NCBI GenBank assembly: GCA_964016885.1
Contig: OZ024749.1
Coordinates: 21,452,001-21,516,000, forward strand
Direction: 5' to 3'
Length of the DNA: 64,000 nt
From: Eledone cirrhosa
Taxonomy: Eukaryota
The position numbers were made by a program, and so were the translations under genes. Below the pieces are notes generated by a model. That model made no database searches, was not told the origin of the DNA, and saw only the letters and a program-made list of their open reading frames with translations. Below are positions 51,981-64,000 of this stretch, in pieces; within the stretch, counting starts at the first letter, position 1; each line of letters starts with the position of its first letter.

Positions 51981-52783
51981 GGTTAGGGTTAGTTTTAGGG
52001 TTAGTGTTAGGGTTAGGGTTAGGGTTAGGGTTACGGTTAGGGGTAGGGTTTGTGTTTAGGGTTTAGGGTTTAGTGTTAGCGTTAGGGTTAGTGTTAGGGT
52101 TAGGGTTAGGGTTAGGGTTAGGGGTAGGATTAGCGTTAATGTTAATGTTATGGTTAGATTTAGCATTAGGGTTAGGGTTAGGGTTAGGTTTAGTGTTAGA
52201 GTTAGGATTTAGGGTTAGGGTTAGGGTTAGGTTTAGGGTTAGGGTTAGTTTTAGGGTTAGTGTTAGGTTTAGAGTTAAGGTTTTTTCATTTTTTCGATTT
52301 TTTCAATTATCCGACTTTTTCGATTTTTTCATTTCATTATAAAAATCTTTTTCGATTTTTTCATTTTTCCTTTTTCGAAATTTTTCGATTTTTTCGAATT
52401 TTTCAATTTAATTAGAGTTAGGGTTACTGTTTAGGGTTTAGGGTTTAGGGTTATGGTTAGGGTTAGGGTTAGGGTTACGGTTAGGGTTTAGTATTTAGGG
52501 TTTAGGTTAAGGATTAGTGTTAGGATTAGGGTTAGGGTTAGTGTTAGTGTTACGGTTAGAGTCAGGCTTAGGGTTAGGGTTTAGGGTTAGGGTTAGAGTT
52601 AGGGTTACGTTTTTTCCTTTTTTCGATTTTTTCATTTTTCGATTTCTTTATTTTGTCGATTTTTCGATTTTTTTCGATTTTTTTATTTTTTCATTTTTTT
52701 CGATTTTTGAGGGTTAGGGTTAGGGTTAGGATTAGGGTTAGGGTTTAGGCTTAGGGTTTAGGGTTAGGGTTTAGGGTTAGGGT

Positions 52784-52816
<33 letters not shown>

Positions 52817-55800
52817 TAGGTTTAGGGTTAGAGTTAGGGTTAGGGTTAGGGTTAGTGTTAGTGTTACGGTTAGTGTTACGGTTAGAGTTAGGGTTTGCGT
52901 TAGAGTTAGGATTTAGGGTTAGGGTTAGGATTAGTGTTAGGGTTACGTTTTTTCCTTTCTTCGATTTTCTCATTTTTCGATTCACTTTTTCGATTTTTCG
53001 AATTTTTCGATTTTTTCATTTTATCATTTATTGATTTTTGAGGGTTAGGGTTAGGGTTAGTGTTAGGGTTTAGGGTTAGGGTTTAGGCTTAGGATTTAGG
53101 GTTAGGGTTAGGGTTAGGGTTTAGGGTTAGTGTTAGGGTTAAGGTTAGGGTTAGGATTTAGGGTTAGTGTTAGGGTTAGGGTTAATTTTTTTTTTCGATT
53201 TCTTCAATTTTTCGATTTTTTAGATTTTTTCATGATTTCAATTTTAAATTTTTTTTTTATTTTTTCATTTTTTCATTTTTTCATTTTTTCATTTTTCCCT
53301 TTTTTCAATTTTTTAGCGTTCGGGTTAGGGCTATGGTCAGGGTTACTGTTTCGGGTTTATGTTTTAGGGTTTGGGTTAGGTTTAGGTTTAGTGTTAGGGT
53401 TAGGGTTAGGGTAAGGGTTAGGGTTTAGGAATTAGGGTTTAGGTTCAGGGTTAGGGTTAGTGTTAGTGTTGCGGTTAGAGTTAGGTTTAGGGTTAGGGTT
53501 AGGATTACGTTTTTTCCTTTCGATTTTTTCATTTTTCGATTTCTTCATTTTTTTTCGATTTTTCGAATTTTTTAGATTTTTTCATTTTTTAATTTTTTCG
53601 ATTTTTGAGGGTTAGGTTTAGGGGTAGGGTTAGGGTTTAGGGTTAGGGTTTAGGGTTAGTGTTAGGGTTTAGGGTTAGTGTTAGGGTTAAGGTTAGGGTT
53701 AAGATTAGGTTTATGGTTAAGTTTATGGTTAGGGTTAGGGTTAGGGTTAGGGTTAGGGTTAGGGTTAGGTTTAGGGTTATGGTTAGGGTTAGGGTTAGCG
53801 TTAAGGTTAGTGTTAGGTTTAGGGTTACGTTTTTTCCTTTTTTCGAATTTTTCATTTTTTGATTTCTTCAATTTTTCGACTTTTCGATTTTTGAGGGTTA
53901 GGGTTTAGGGTTTAGGGTTAATGTTAGGGCTAAGGTTAGGGTTATGATTAGGGTTAGGGTAAGGGTTAAATTTTTTTTTTTCGATTTCTTCAATTTTTCT
54001 ATTTTTTCGATTTTTTCATTATTTCAATTTTAAAATTTATTTTATTTTTTCATTTTTCCCCTTTTGGGATTTTTCGATTTTTTTTTTGATTTTTTCAATT
54101 TTTTAGCGTTAGGGTTAGGGGTATGGTTAGGGTTAGTGTTTCGGGTTTAGGGTTTAGGGTTAGGGTTTGGGTTAGGGTTAGGTTTAGTGTTAGGGTTAGG
54201 GTTAGGGTTAGGGTTAGGGTTTAGGAATTAGGGTTTAGGTTTAGGGTTAGGTTTAGGGTTAGGTTTACGGTTAGGGTTAGTGTTAGTGTTGCAGTTAGAT
54301 TTAGAGTTAGGGTTAGGGTTACGTCTTGTCCTTTCGATTTTTTCATTTTTCGATTTCTTCATTTTTTTCGATTTTTCGAATTTTTTAGATTTTTTCATTT
54401 TTTCATTTTTTCGATTTTTGAGGATTAGGTTTAGGGTTAGGGTTTAGGGTTGGTGTTAGGGTTTAGGGTTAGTGTTAGGGTTAAGGTTAGGGTTAAGATT
54501 AGGGTTATCTTTATGTTTATGGTTAGGGTTAGGGTTAGTGTTTAGGGTTTTGGGTTTAGGGTTAGGGTTAGGGGTAGCGTTAAGTTTACGGTTTTGGTTA
54601 GCGTTAGGGTCAGGGTTAGGCTTAGGGTTAGGGGTAGGGTTAGCGTTAAGGTTAGGGTTATGGTTAGGTTTAGCGTTAGGATTAGGGTTAGGGTTAAGTG
54701 TAGGGTTAAAATTTTTCATTTTTTTCGATTTTTTCGATGTTGGGTATTTTTCGATTTTTTTGATTTTTTTCAATTTTTTAGCGTTAGGGTTAGTGTTTAG
54801 GGTTTAGGGTTTAGGGTTATGGTTAGGGTTAGGGTTAGGGTTAGGGTTAAGTTTACGTTTAGTGTTAGGGTTAGGGTTAGTGTTAGGCTTTAGGATTTAC
54901 TGTTTCGGTTAGGTTTTTTTCATTTATTCGATTTTTTCATTTTTCGATTTCTTAATTTTTCTATTTTTCGATTTTTTTTGATTTTTTCATTCCTTAATTT
55001 TTTCAATTTTTTCGATTTTTTTCGATATTTAGAGTTAGTGTTAGGGTTAGGGTTAGGGTTAGGGTTTTTTCGATTTTTTGATTTTTTCATTTTTTCGAAT
55101 TTTTTTTATTGATTTTTTCACTTTCTCTATTTTTCGATTTTTTTCGATTTTTGGATTTTTTGGATTTTTTCATTTTTTCATTTTCTCAATATTTTAGCGT
55201 TAGGGTTTTGGGTAGGTTTATCGTTAAGGTTAGTGTTAGGGTTTAGGTTAGGGTTAGGATTTAGGGTTAGTGTTAGGGTTAAGGTTAGGGTTATGGTTAG
55301 GGTTAGGGTTAGGGTTAGGATTAGGGTTAGGATTAGCATTAAGTTTAGGGTTAGGGTTAGGTTTAGCGTTAGGGTTATTGTTAATTTTTTTTTTTTTCGA
55401 TTTCTTCAATTTTTCGATTTTTTTCGATTTTTTCATTATTTCAATTTTAAAATTTATTTTATTTTTTCATTTTTCCCTTTTTGGGATTTTTCGATTTTTT
55501 TTATTTATTCAATTTTTTAGCGTTAGGGTTAGGGTTAGGGTCAGGGTTAGTGTTTCGGGTTTAGGGTTTAGGGTTATGGTTAGGGTTAGGGTTAGGGTTA
55601 GGGTTAGTTTTAGGGTTAGTGTTAGGTTTAGAGTTAAGGTTATTTCATTTTTTCGATTTTTTCAATTATTCGACTTTTTCGATTTTTTCATTTTTCGATT
55701 CACGTTTTCGATTTTTCTATTTTTTTCGATTTTTTCATTTTATCATTTATTGATTTTTGAGGGTTAGAGTTAGGGTTAGTGTTACGGTTTAGGGTTAGGG

Positions 55801-56295
55801 TTAGGGGTAGGATTAGCGTTAAGGTTAGGGTTAGGGTTAGGTTTAGCGTTAGGGTTAGGGTTAGGGTTAGGGTTAATTCTTTTTTTCGATTTCTTCAATT
55901 TTTCGATTTTTTAGATTTTTTCATTATTTCAATTTTAAAATTTATTTTATCTTTTCATTTTTCCCTTTTTTCAATTTTTTAGCGTTCGGGTTTGGGGTAT
56001 GGTCAGGGTTAGTGTTTCGGGTTTAGGGTTTAGGGTTTGGGTTAGGATTAGGTTTAGTGTTAGGGTTAGGGTTAGGGTAAGGGTTAGGGTTTAGTAATTA
56101 GGGTTTAGGTTTAGGGTTAGGGTTAGTGTTAGTGTTGCGGTTAGAGTTAGGGTTAGGGTTAGGGTTTAGGGTTAGGTTTAGGATTACGTTTTTTCCTTTC
56201 GATTTTTTCATTTTTCGATTTCTTCATTTTTTTCGATTTTTCGAATTTTTTAGATTTTTTCATTTTTTCATCTTTTCGATTTTTGAGGGTTAGGT

Positions 56296-56328
<33 letters not shown>

Positions 56329-57841
56329 TAGGGTTAGTGTTAGGGTTTAGGGTTAGTGTTAGGGTTAAGGTTAGGGTTAAGATTAGGGTTATGGTTAAGT
56401 TTATGTTTAGGGTTAGGGTTAGTGTTTAGGCTTTTGGGTTTAGGGTTAGGGTTAGGGGTAGCGTTAAGTTTACGGTTAGGGTTAGGGTTAGGCTTAGGGT
56501 TAGGGGTAGGGTTAGCGTTAAGGTTAGGGTTATGGTTAGGTTTAGCGTTAGGATTAGGGTTAGGGGTATGGTTGGGGTTAGTGTTTATGGTTTAGGGTTT
56601 AGGGTTATGGTTAGGGTTAGGGTTAGGTTTATTGTTAGGGTTAGGGTTAGGGTTTAGGATTTAGTGTTTATGTTTAGGGTTAGGTTTAGGGTTAGGGTTA
56701 GGGTTAGGGTTTAGGGTAAGGGTTAGTGTTAGGGTTACGTTTTTTTTATTTATTCGATTTATTCATTTTTCGATTTATTCATTTTTCTATTTTTCGATTT
56801 TTTTTGATTTTTTCATTCTTTAATTTTTTCAATTTTTTCGATTTTTTCGATTTTTAGAGTTAGTGTTAGGGTTAGGGTTAGGGTTTTTTCGATTTTTCAT
56901 TTTTTTCGATTTTTTTGATTTTTTCCTTTATTCGAATTTTTTTTTTTGATTTTTTCACTTTTTCTATTTTTCGATATCTTCATTTTTTCGACTTTTCGAT
57001 TTTTTTAGATTTTTTCATTTTATCTTTTTTACGATTTTTGAGGGTTAGGGTTTAGGGTTAGGGTTTAGGGTTAGGGTTATGGTTAGGCTTACGGTTAGGG
57101 GTAGGGTTTGTGTTTAGGGTTTAGGGTTTATGGTTAGCGTTAGTGTTAGGTTTACGGTTACGGTTAGGGTTAGGGTTTGTGTTTAAGGTTTAGGGTTTAG
57201 GGTTAGCGTTAGGGTTAGTGTTTGGGTTAGGTTTAGGGGTAGGGTTAGCGTTAATGTTAGGGTTAGGGTTAGATTTATCGTTAGGGTTAGGGTTAGTGTT
57301 ATGGTTAGGGTTAGGGTTAGGGTTACGGTAGGATTAGCGTTAAGGTTAGGGTTAGGGTTAGGTTTAGCGTTAGGGTTAGGGTTAGGGTTAGGGTTAGGAT
57401 TTGTGTTAGTGTTACGGTTAGAGTTAGGGTTAGGGTTAGGGTTAGGGGTAGGGGTAAGTTTAGGGTTAGGGTTAGTATTAGGCTTAGCGTTAGGGTTAGG
57501 TTTAGGGTTATGGTTAGGGGTAGGGTTAGCGTTAAGGTTAGTGTTAGGTTTAGGGTTACGTTTTTTCCTTTTTTCGAATTTTTCATTTTTTGATTTCTTC
57601 ATTTTTTCGACTTTTCCATTTTTTTAGATTTTTTCATTTTTTCATTTTTTCGATTTTTGAGGGTTAGGGTTAGGGTTAGGGTTACGGTTAGGGGTAGGGT
57701 TTGTGTTTAGGGTTTAGGGTTTAGGGTTAGCGTTAGGGTTAGGGTTTCTGTTAGGTTTAGGTGTAGGATTAGCGTTAATGTTAGTGTTAGGGTTAGATTT
57801 AGCATTAGGGTTAGGGTTAGGGTTAGGGTTAGGTTTAGTTG

Positions 57842-57875
<34 letters not shown>

Positions 57876-58678
57876 GGTTAGGGTTAGTTTTAGGGTTAGT
57901 GTTAGGGTTAGGGTTAGGGTTAGGGTTACGGTTAGGGGTAGGGTTTGTGTTTAGGGTTTAGGGTTTAGTGTTAGCGTTAGGGTTAGTGTTAGGGTTAGGG
58001 TTAGGGTTAGGGTTAGGGGTAGGATTAGCGTTAATGTTAATGTTATGGTTAGATTTAGCATTAGGGTTAGGGTTAGGGTTAGGTTTAGTGTTAGAGTTAG
58101 GATTTAGGGTTAGGGTTAGGGTTAGGTTTAGGGTTAGGGTTAGTTTTAGGGTTAGTGTTAGGTTTAGAGTTAAGGTTTTTTCATTTTTTCGATTTTTTCA
58201 ATTATCCGACTTTTTCGATTTTTTCATTTCATTATAAAAATCTTTTTCGATTTTTTCATTTTTCCTTTTTCGAAATTTTTCGATTTTTTCGAATTTTTCA
58301 ATTTAATTAGAGTTAGGGTTACTGTTTAGGGTTTAGGGTTTAGGGTTATGGTTAGGGTTAGGGTTAGGGTTACGGTTAGGGTTTAGTATTTAGGGTTTAG
58401 GTTAAGGATTAGTGTTAGGATTAGGGTTAGGGTTAGTGTTAGTGTTACGGTTAGAGTCAGGCTTAGGGTTAGGGTTTAGGGTTAGGGTTAGAGTTAGGGT
58501 TACGTTTTTTCCTTTTTTCGATTTTTTCATTTTTCGATTTCTTTATTTTGTCGATTTTTCGATTTTTTTCGATTTTTTTATTTTTTCATTTTTTTCGATT
58601 TTTGAGGGTTAGGGTTAGGGTTAGGATTAGGGTTAGGGTTTAGGCTTAGGGTTTAGGGTTAGGGTTTAGGGTTAGGGT

Positions 58679-58711
<33 letters not shown>

Positions 58712-61700
58712 TAGGTTTAGGGTTAGAGTTAGGGTTAGGGTTAGGGTTAGTGTTAGTGTTACGGTTAGTGTTACGGTTAGAGTTAGGGTTTGCGTTAGAG
58801 TTAGGATTTAGGGTTAGGGTTAGGATTAGTGTTAGGGTTACGTTTTTTCCTTTCTTCGATTTTCTCATTTTTCGATTCACTTTTTCGATTTTTCGAATTT
58901 TTCGATTTTTTCATTTTATCATTTATTGATTTTTGAGGGTTAGGGTTAGGGTTAGTGTTAGGGTTTAGGGTTAGGGTTTAGGCTTAGGATTTAGGGTTAG
59001 GGTTAGGGTTAGGGTTTAGGGTTAGTGTTAGGGTTAAGGTTAGGGTTAGGATTTAGGGTTAGTGTTAGGGTTAGGGTTAATTTTTTTTTTCGATTTCTTC
59101 AATTTTTCGATTTTTTAGATTTTTTCATGATTTCAATTTTAAATTTTTTTTTTATTTTTTCATTTTTTCATTTTTTCATTTTTTCATTTTTCCCTTTTTT
59201 CAATTTTTTAGCGTTCGGGTTAGGGCTATGGTCAGGGTTACTGTTTCGGGTTTATGTTTTAGGGTTTGGGTTAGGTTTAGGTTTAGTGTTAGGGTTAGGG
59301 TTAGGGTAAGGGTTAGGGTTTAGGAATTAGGGTTTAGGTTCAGGGTTAGGGTTAGTGTTAGTGTTGCGGTTAGAGTTAGGTTTAGGGTTAGGGTTAGGAT
59401 TACGTTTTTTCCTTTCGATTTTTTCATTTTTCGATTTCTTCATTTTTTTTCGATTTTTCGAATTTTTTAGATTTTTTCATTTTTTAATTTTTTCGATTTT
59501 TGAGGGTTAGGTTTAGGGGTAGGGTTAGGGTTTAGGGTTAGGGTTTAGGGTTAGTGTTAGGGTTTAGGGTTAGTGTTAGGGTTAAGGTTAGGGTTAAGAT
59601 TAGGTTTATGGTTAAGTTTATGGTTAGGGTTAGGGTTAGGGTTAGGGTTAGGGTTAGGGTTAGGTTTAGGGTTATGGTTAGGGTTAGGGTTAGCGTTAAG
59701 GTTAGTGTTAGGTTTAGGGTTACGTTTTTTCCTTTTTTCGAATTTTTCATTTTTTGATTTCTTCAATTTTTCGACTTTTCGATTTTTGAGGGTTAGGGTT
59801 TAGGGTTTAGGGTTAATGTTAGGGCTAAGGTTAGGGTTATGATTAGGGTTAGGGTAAGGGTTAAATTTTTTTTTTTCGATTTCTTCAATTTTTCTATTTT
59901 TTCGATTTTTTCATTATTTCAATTTTAAAATTTATTTTATTTTTTCATTTTTCCCCTTTTGGGATTTTTCGATTTTTTTTTTGATTTTTTCAATTTTTTA
60001 GCGTTAGGGTTAGGGGTATGGTTAGGGTTAGTGTTTCGGGTTTAGGGTTTAGGGTTAGGGTTTGGGTTAGGGTTAGGTTTAGTGTTAGGGTTAGGGTTAG
60101 GGTTAGGGTTAGGGTTTAGGAATTAGGGTTTAGGTTTAGGGTTAGGTTTAGGGTTAGGTTTACGGTTAGGGTTAGTGTTAGTGTTGCAGTTAGATTTAGA
60201 GTTAGGGTTAGGGTTACGTCTTGTCCTTTCGATTTTTTCATTTTTCGATTTCTTCATTTTTTTCGATTTTTCGAATTTTTTAGATTTTTTCATTTTTTCA
60301 TTTTTTCGATTTTTGAGGATTAGGTTTAGGGTTAGGGTTTAGGGTTGGTGTTAGGGTTTAGGGTTAGTGTTAGGGTTAAGGTTAGGGTTAAGATTAGGGT
60401 TATCTTTATGTTTATGGTTAGGGTTAGGGTTAGTGTTTAGGGTTTTGGGTTTAGGGTTAGGGTTAGGGGTAGCGTTAAGTTTACGGTTTTGGTTAGCGTT
60501 AGGGTCAGGGTTAGGCTTAGGGTTAGGGGTAGGGTTAGCGTTAAGGTTAGGGTTATGGTTAGGTTTAGCGTTAGGATTAGGGTTAGGGTTAAGTGTAGGG
60601 TTAAAATTTTTCATTTTTTTCGATTTTTTCGATGTTGGGTATTTTTCGATTTTTTTGATTTTTTTCAATTTTTTAGCGTTAGGGTTAGTGTTTAGGGTTT
60701 AGGGTTTAGGGTTATGGTTAGGGTTAGGGTTAGGGTTAGGGTTAAGTTTACGTTTAGTGTTAGGGTTAGGGTTAGTGTTAGGCTTTAGGATTTACTGTTT
60801 CGGTTAGGTTTTTTTCATTTATTCGATTTTTTCATTTTTCGATTTCTTAATTTTTCTATTTTTCGATTTTTTTTGATTTTTTCATTCCTTAATTTTTTCA
60901 ATTTTTTCGATTTTTTTCGATATTTAGAGTTAGTGTTAGGGTTAGGGTTAGGGTTAGGGTTTTTTCGATTTTTTGATTTTTTCATTTTTTCGAATTTTTT
61001 TTATTGATTTTTTCACTTTCTCTATTTTTCGATTTTTTTCGATTTTTGGATTTTTTGGATTTTTTCATTTTTTCATTTTCTCAATATTTTAGCGTTAGGG
61101 TTTTGGGTAGGTTTATCGTTAAGGTTAGTGTTAGGGTTTAGGTTAGGGTTAGGATTTAGGGTTAGTGTTAGGGTTAAGGTTAGGGTTATGGTTAGGGTTA
61201 GGGTTAGGGTTAGGATTAGGGTTAGGATTAGCATTAAGTTTAGGGTTAGGGTTAGGTTTAGCGTTAGGGTTATTGTTAATTTTTTTTTTTTTCGATTTCT
61301 TCAATTTTTCGATTTTTTTCGATTTTTTCATTATTTCAATTTTAAAATTTATTTTATTTTTTCATTTTTCCCTTTTTGGGATTTTTCGATTTTTTTTATT
61401 TATTCAATTTTTTAGCGTTAGGGTTAGGGTTAGGGTCAGGGTTAGTGTTTCGGGTTTAGGGTTTAGGGTTATGGTTAGGGTTAGGGTTAGGGTTAGGGTT
61501 AGTTTTAGGGTTAGTGTTAGGTTTAGAGTTAAGGTTATTTCATTTTTTCGATTTTTTCAATTATTCGACTTTTTCGATTTTTTCATTTTTCGATTCACGT
61601 TTTCGATTTTTCTATTTTTTTCGATTTTTTCATTTTATCATTTATTGATTTTTGAGGGTTAGAGTTAGGGTTAGTGTTACGGTTTAGGGTTAGGGTTAGG

Positions 61701-62190
61701 GGTAGGATTAGCGTTAAGGTTAGGGTTAGGGTTAGGTTTAGCGTTAGGGTTAGGGTTAGGGTTAGGGTTAATTCTTTTTTTCGATTTCTTCAATTTTTCG
61801 ATTTTTTAGATTTTTTCATTATTTCAATTTTAAAATTTATTTTATCTTTTCATTTTTCCCTTTTTTCAATTTTTTAGCGTTCGGGTTTGGGGTATGGTCA
61901 GGGTTAGTGTTTCGGGTTTAGGGTTTAGGGTTTGGGTTAGGATTAGGTTTAGTGTTAGGGTTAGGGTTAGGGTAAGGGTTAGGGTTTAGTAATTAGGGTT
62001 TAGGTTTAGGGTTAGGGTTAGTGTTAGTGTTGCGGTTAGAGTTAGGGTTAGGGTTAGGGTTTAGGGTTAGGTTTAGGATTACGTTTTTTCCTTTCGATTT
62101 TTTCATTTTTCGATTTCTTCATTTTTTTCGATTTTTCGAATTTTTTAGATTTTTTCATTTTTTCATCTTTTCGATTTTTGAGGGTTAGGT

Positions 62191-62223
<33 letters not shown>

Positions 62224-63200
62224 TAGGGTTAGTGTTAGGGTTTAGGGTTAGTGTTAGGGTTAAGGTTAGGGTTAAGATTAGGGTTATGGTTAAGTTTATG
62301 TTTAGGGTTAGGGTTAGTGTTTAGGCTTTTGGGTTTAGGGTTAGGGTTAGGGGTAGCGTTAAGTTTACGGTTAGGGTTAGGGTTAGGCTTAGGGTTAGGG
62401 GTAGGGTTAGCGTTAAGGTTAGGGTTATGGTTAGGTTTAGCGTTAGGATTAGGGTTAGGGGTATGGTTGGGGTTAGTGTTTATGGTTTAGGGTTTAGGGT
62501 TATGGTTAGGGTTAGGGTTAGGGTTAGGTTTATTGTTAGGGTTAGGGTTAGGGTTTAGGATTTAGTGTTTATGTTTAGGGTTAGGTTTAGGGTTAGGGTT
62601 AGGGTTAGGGTTTAGGGTAAGGGTTAGTGTTAGGGTTACGTTTTTTTCATTTATTCGATTTATTCATTTTTCGATTTATTCATTTTTCTATTTTTCGATT
62701 TTTTTTGATTTTTCATTTTTTTCGATTTTTTGATTTTTTCCTTTATTCGAATTTTTTTTTTGATTTTTTCACTTTTTCTATTTTTCGATATCTTCATTTT
62801 TTCGACTTTTCGACTTTTCGATTTTTTCATTTTATCTTTTTTACGATTTTTGAGGGTTAGGGTTTAGGGTTAGGGTTTAGGGTTAGGGTTATGGTTAGGC
62901 TTACGGTTAGGGGTAGGGTTTGTGTTTAGGGTTTAGGGTTTATGGTTAGCGTTAGTGTTAGGTTTACGGTTACGGTTAGGGTTAGGGTTTGTGTTTAGGG
63001 TTTAGGGTTTAGGGTTAGCGTTAGGGTTAGTGTTTGGGTTAGGTTTAGGGGTAGGGTTAGCGTTAATGTTAGGGTTAGGGTTAGATTTAGCGTTAGGGTT
63101 AGGGTTAGTGTTATGGTTAGGGTTAGGGTTAGGGTTACGGTAGGATTAGCGTTAAGGTTAGGGTTAGGGTTAGGTTTAGCGTTAGGGTTAGGGTTAGGGT
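49800..63200 (+). repeat. 5,895-bp higher-order repeat, ~2.3 copies, near-identical
   Basis: ORF pairs 51288/57183, 52073/57968, 52517/58412, 53130/59025, 53643/59538, 54456/60351, 55233/61128, 55779/61674 and 56356/62251 all have offset exactly 5895 and identical translations. Confidence 0.95.
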
Positions 63201-64000
63201 TAATTTTTTTTATTTTTTCGATTTTTTCAATTTTTCGGTTTTTTGATTTTTCGATTTCTTCATTTTTCTATTTTTCGATTTTTTTTTGATTTTTTCATTC
63301 TTTAATTTTTTCAATTTTTTCGATTTTTTCGATCTTTAGAGTTAGTGTTAGGGTTAGGGTTAGGGTTAGGGTTTTTTCGATTTTTCATTTTTTCGATTTT
63401 TTGATTTATTCATTTTTTCGAATTTTTCATTTTTTGCGAATTTTTTTTTGATTTTTTCACTTTTTGTATTTTTAGATTTTTTCGATTTCTCAATTTTTTA
63501 GCGTTAGGGTTTTGGGTAGGGTTATCTTTAAGGTTATCTTTAAGTTTAGGGTTAGGGTTAGGGTTAGCGTCAGTGTTTAGGGTTAGGATTAGGGTTAGGG
63601 TTAGTGTTAGTGTTATGGTTAGAGTTAGGGTTAGGGTTAGGGTTAGGGTTAGGGTTAGGGGTAGGGGTAGGGTTTGTGTTTAGGGTTTACGGTTTAGGGT
63701 TAGCGTTAGGGTTAGGGTTAGGGGTAGGATTAGCGTTAATGTTAGGGTTAGGGTTAGATCTAGCGTTAGGGTTAGGGTTAGAGTTAGGGTTAGGGTTAGG
63801 GTTAGGTTTAGTGTTAGGGTTAGGGTTTAGGGTTTAGGGTTAGGGTTAGGGTTAGCGTTAGGGTTAGGGTTAGCGTTAGGGGTAGGGTTAGCGTTAATGT
63901 TAGGGTTAGGGTTAGGTTTAGCGTTAGGGTTAGTTTTAGGGTTAGTGTTAGTATTATAGTTAAGGTTTTTTCATTTTTTCGATTTTTTTCAATTTTTCGA

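Larger units (their letters stand above)
1..64000 (+). repeat. Compound telomere-like satellite array of alternating degenerate (TTAGGG/TTTAGGG)n blocks and T-rich 8-9-bp repeat blocks; array runs off both window edges
   Basis: Every line consists of either TTAGGG variants or units of T5-7 plus CGA/CA/CAA/CTA/AGA. I saw no unique sequence. G-rich repeats lie only on the + strand, with no CCCTAA tracts. Confidence 0.98.

Noticed and set aside
960-63837. All ORFs in the six-frame track (60-165 aa; LGLGLG, RVRVRV, NPNPNP, LTLTLT, FFDFF and KKSKK patterns)
   Set aside because: They are translations of TTAGGG/CCCTAA and T-run repeats. They have no domain-like composition, many lack ATG starts, and frames shift between otherwise identical copies through 1-bp indels.
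1-64000. True terminal telomere tract
   Set aside because: Perfect runs reach only about 7 units, T-blocks interrupt constantly, and variant patterns are copied at kb-scale periods, which telomerase does not produce. No end of the array is visible.
1-64000. CRISPR-like repeat-spacer array suggested by the alternating blocks
   Set aside because: Neither block type has a fixed length, the would-be spacers are themselves repetitive and non-unique, and there is no leader or cas gene.
1-64000. Whole region as a basecalling artefact of telomeric reads
   Set aside because: Rare variants recur at precise multi-kb offsets with hierarchical sharing between copies, which random basecalling noise would not produce. 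Copy number could still be mis-assembled.

Overview
The entire 64 kb is one non-coding, eukaryotic-type compound satellite. I can support no gene, RNA gene, CRISPR array or transposon; every listed ORF is a GL/VR/NP/LT or F/S/I low-complexity read-through of repeats. Two block types alternate strictly and always in the same orientation. G-blocks (~20-520 bp) are degenerate telomere-like repeats: TTAGGG mixed with TTTAGGG, TTAGTG, TTAGCG, TTATGG, TTACGG, TTAGGA, TTAGAG and TTAAGG. T-blocks (~25-210 bp) are 8-9-bp units such as CGATTTTTT, CATTTTTT and CAATTTTTT. A small set of stereotyped junction words joins the blocks into modules of ~0.3 kb. The modules form nested higher-order repeats (HORs): a ~3.08 kb duplication (~0.1-4.9 kb), four copies of a ~9.06 kb unit (~5.5-42.35 kb, with internal ~0.68 kb, ~0.95 kb and older ~4 kb duplications), a reshuffled zone with a 2.7-3.0 kb duplication (~42.4-50 kb), and ~2.3 copies of a near-identical 5,895 bp unit (~49.8-63.2 kb). 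The longest perfect (TTAGGG)n runs I saw are about 7 units, so this is not a telomerase-made terminal tract. It looks like a recombination-amplified subtelomeric, interstitial or possibly centromeric telomere-derived array. The organism and chromosomal position cannot be determined from the sequence. Boundaries were read by eye and are approximate.
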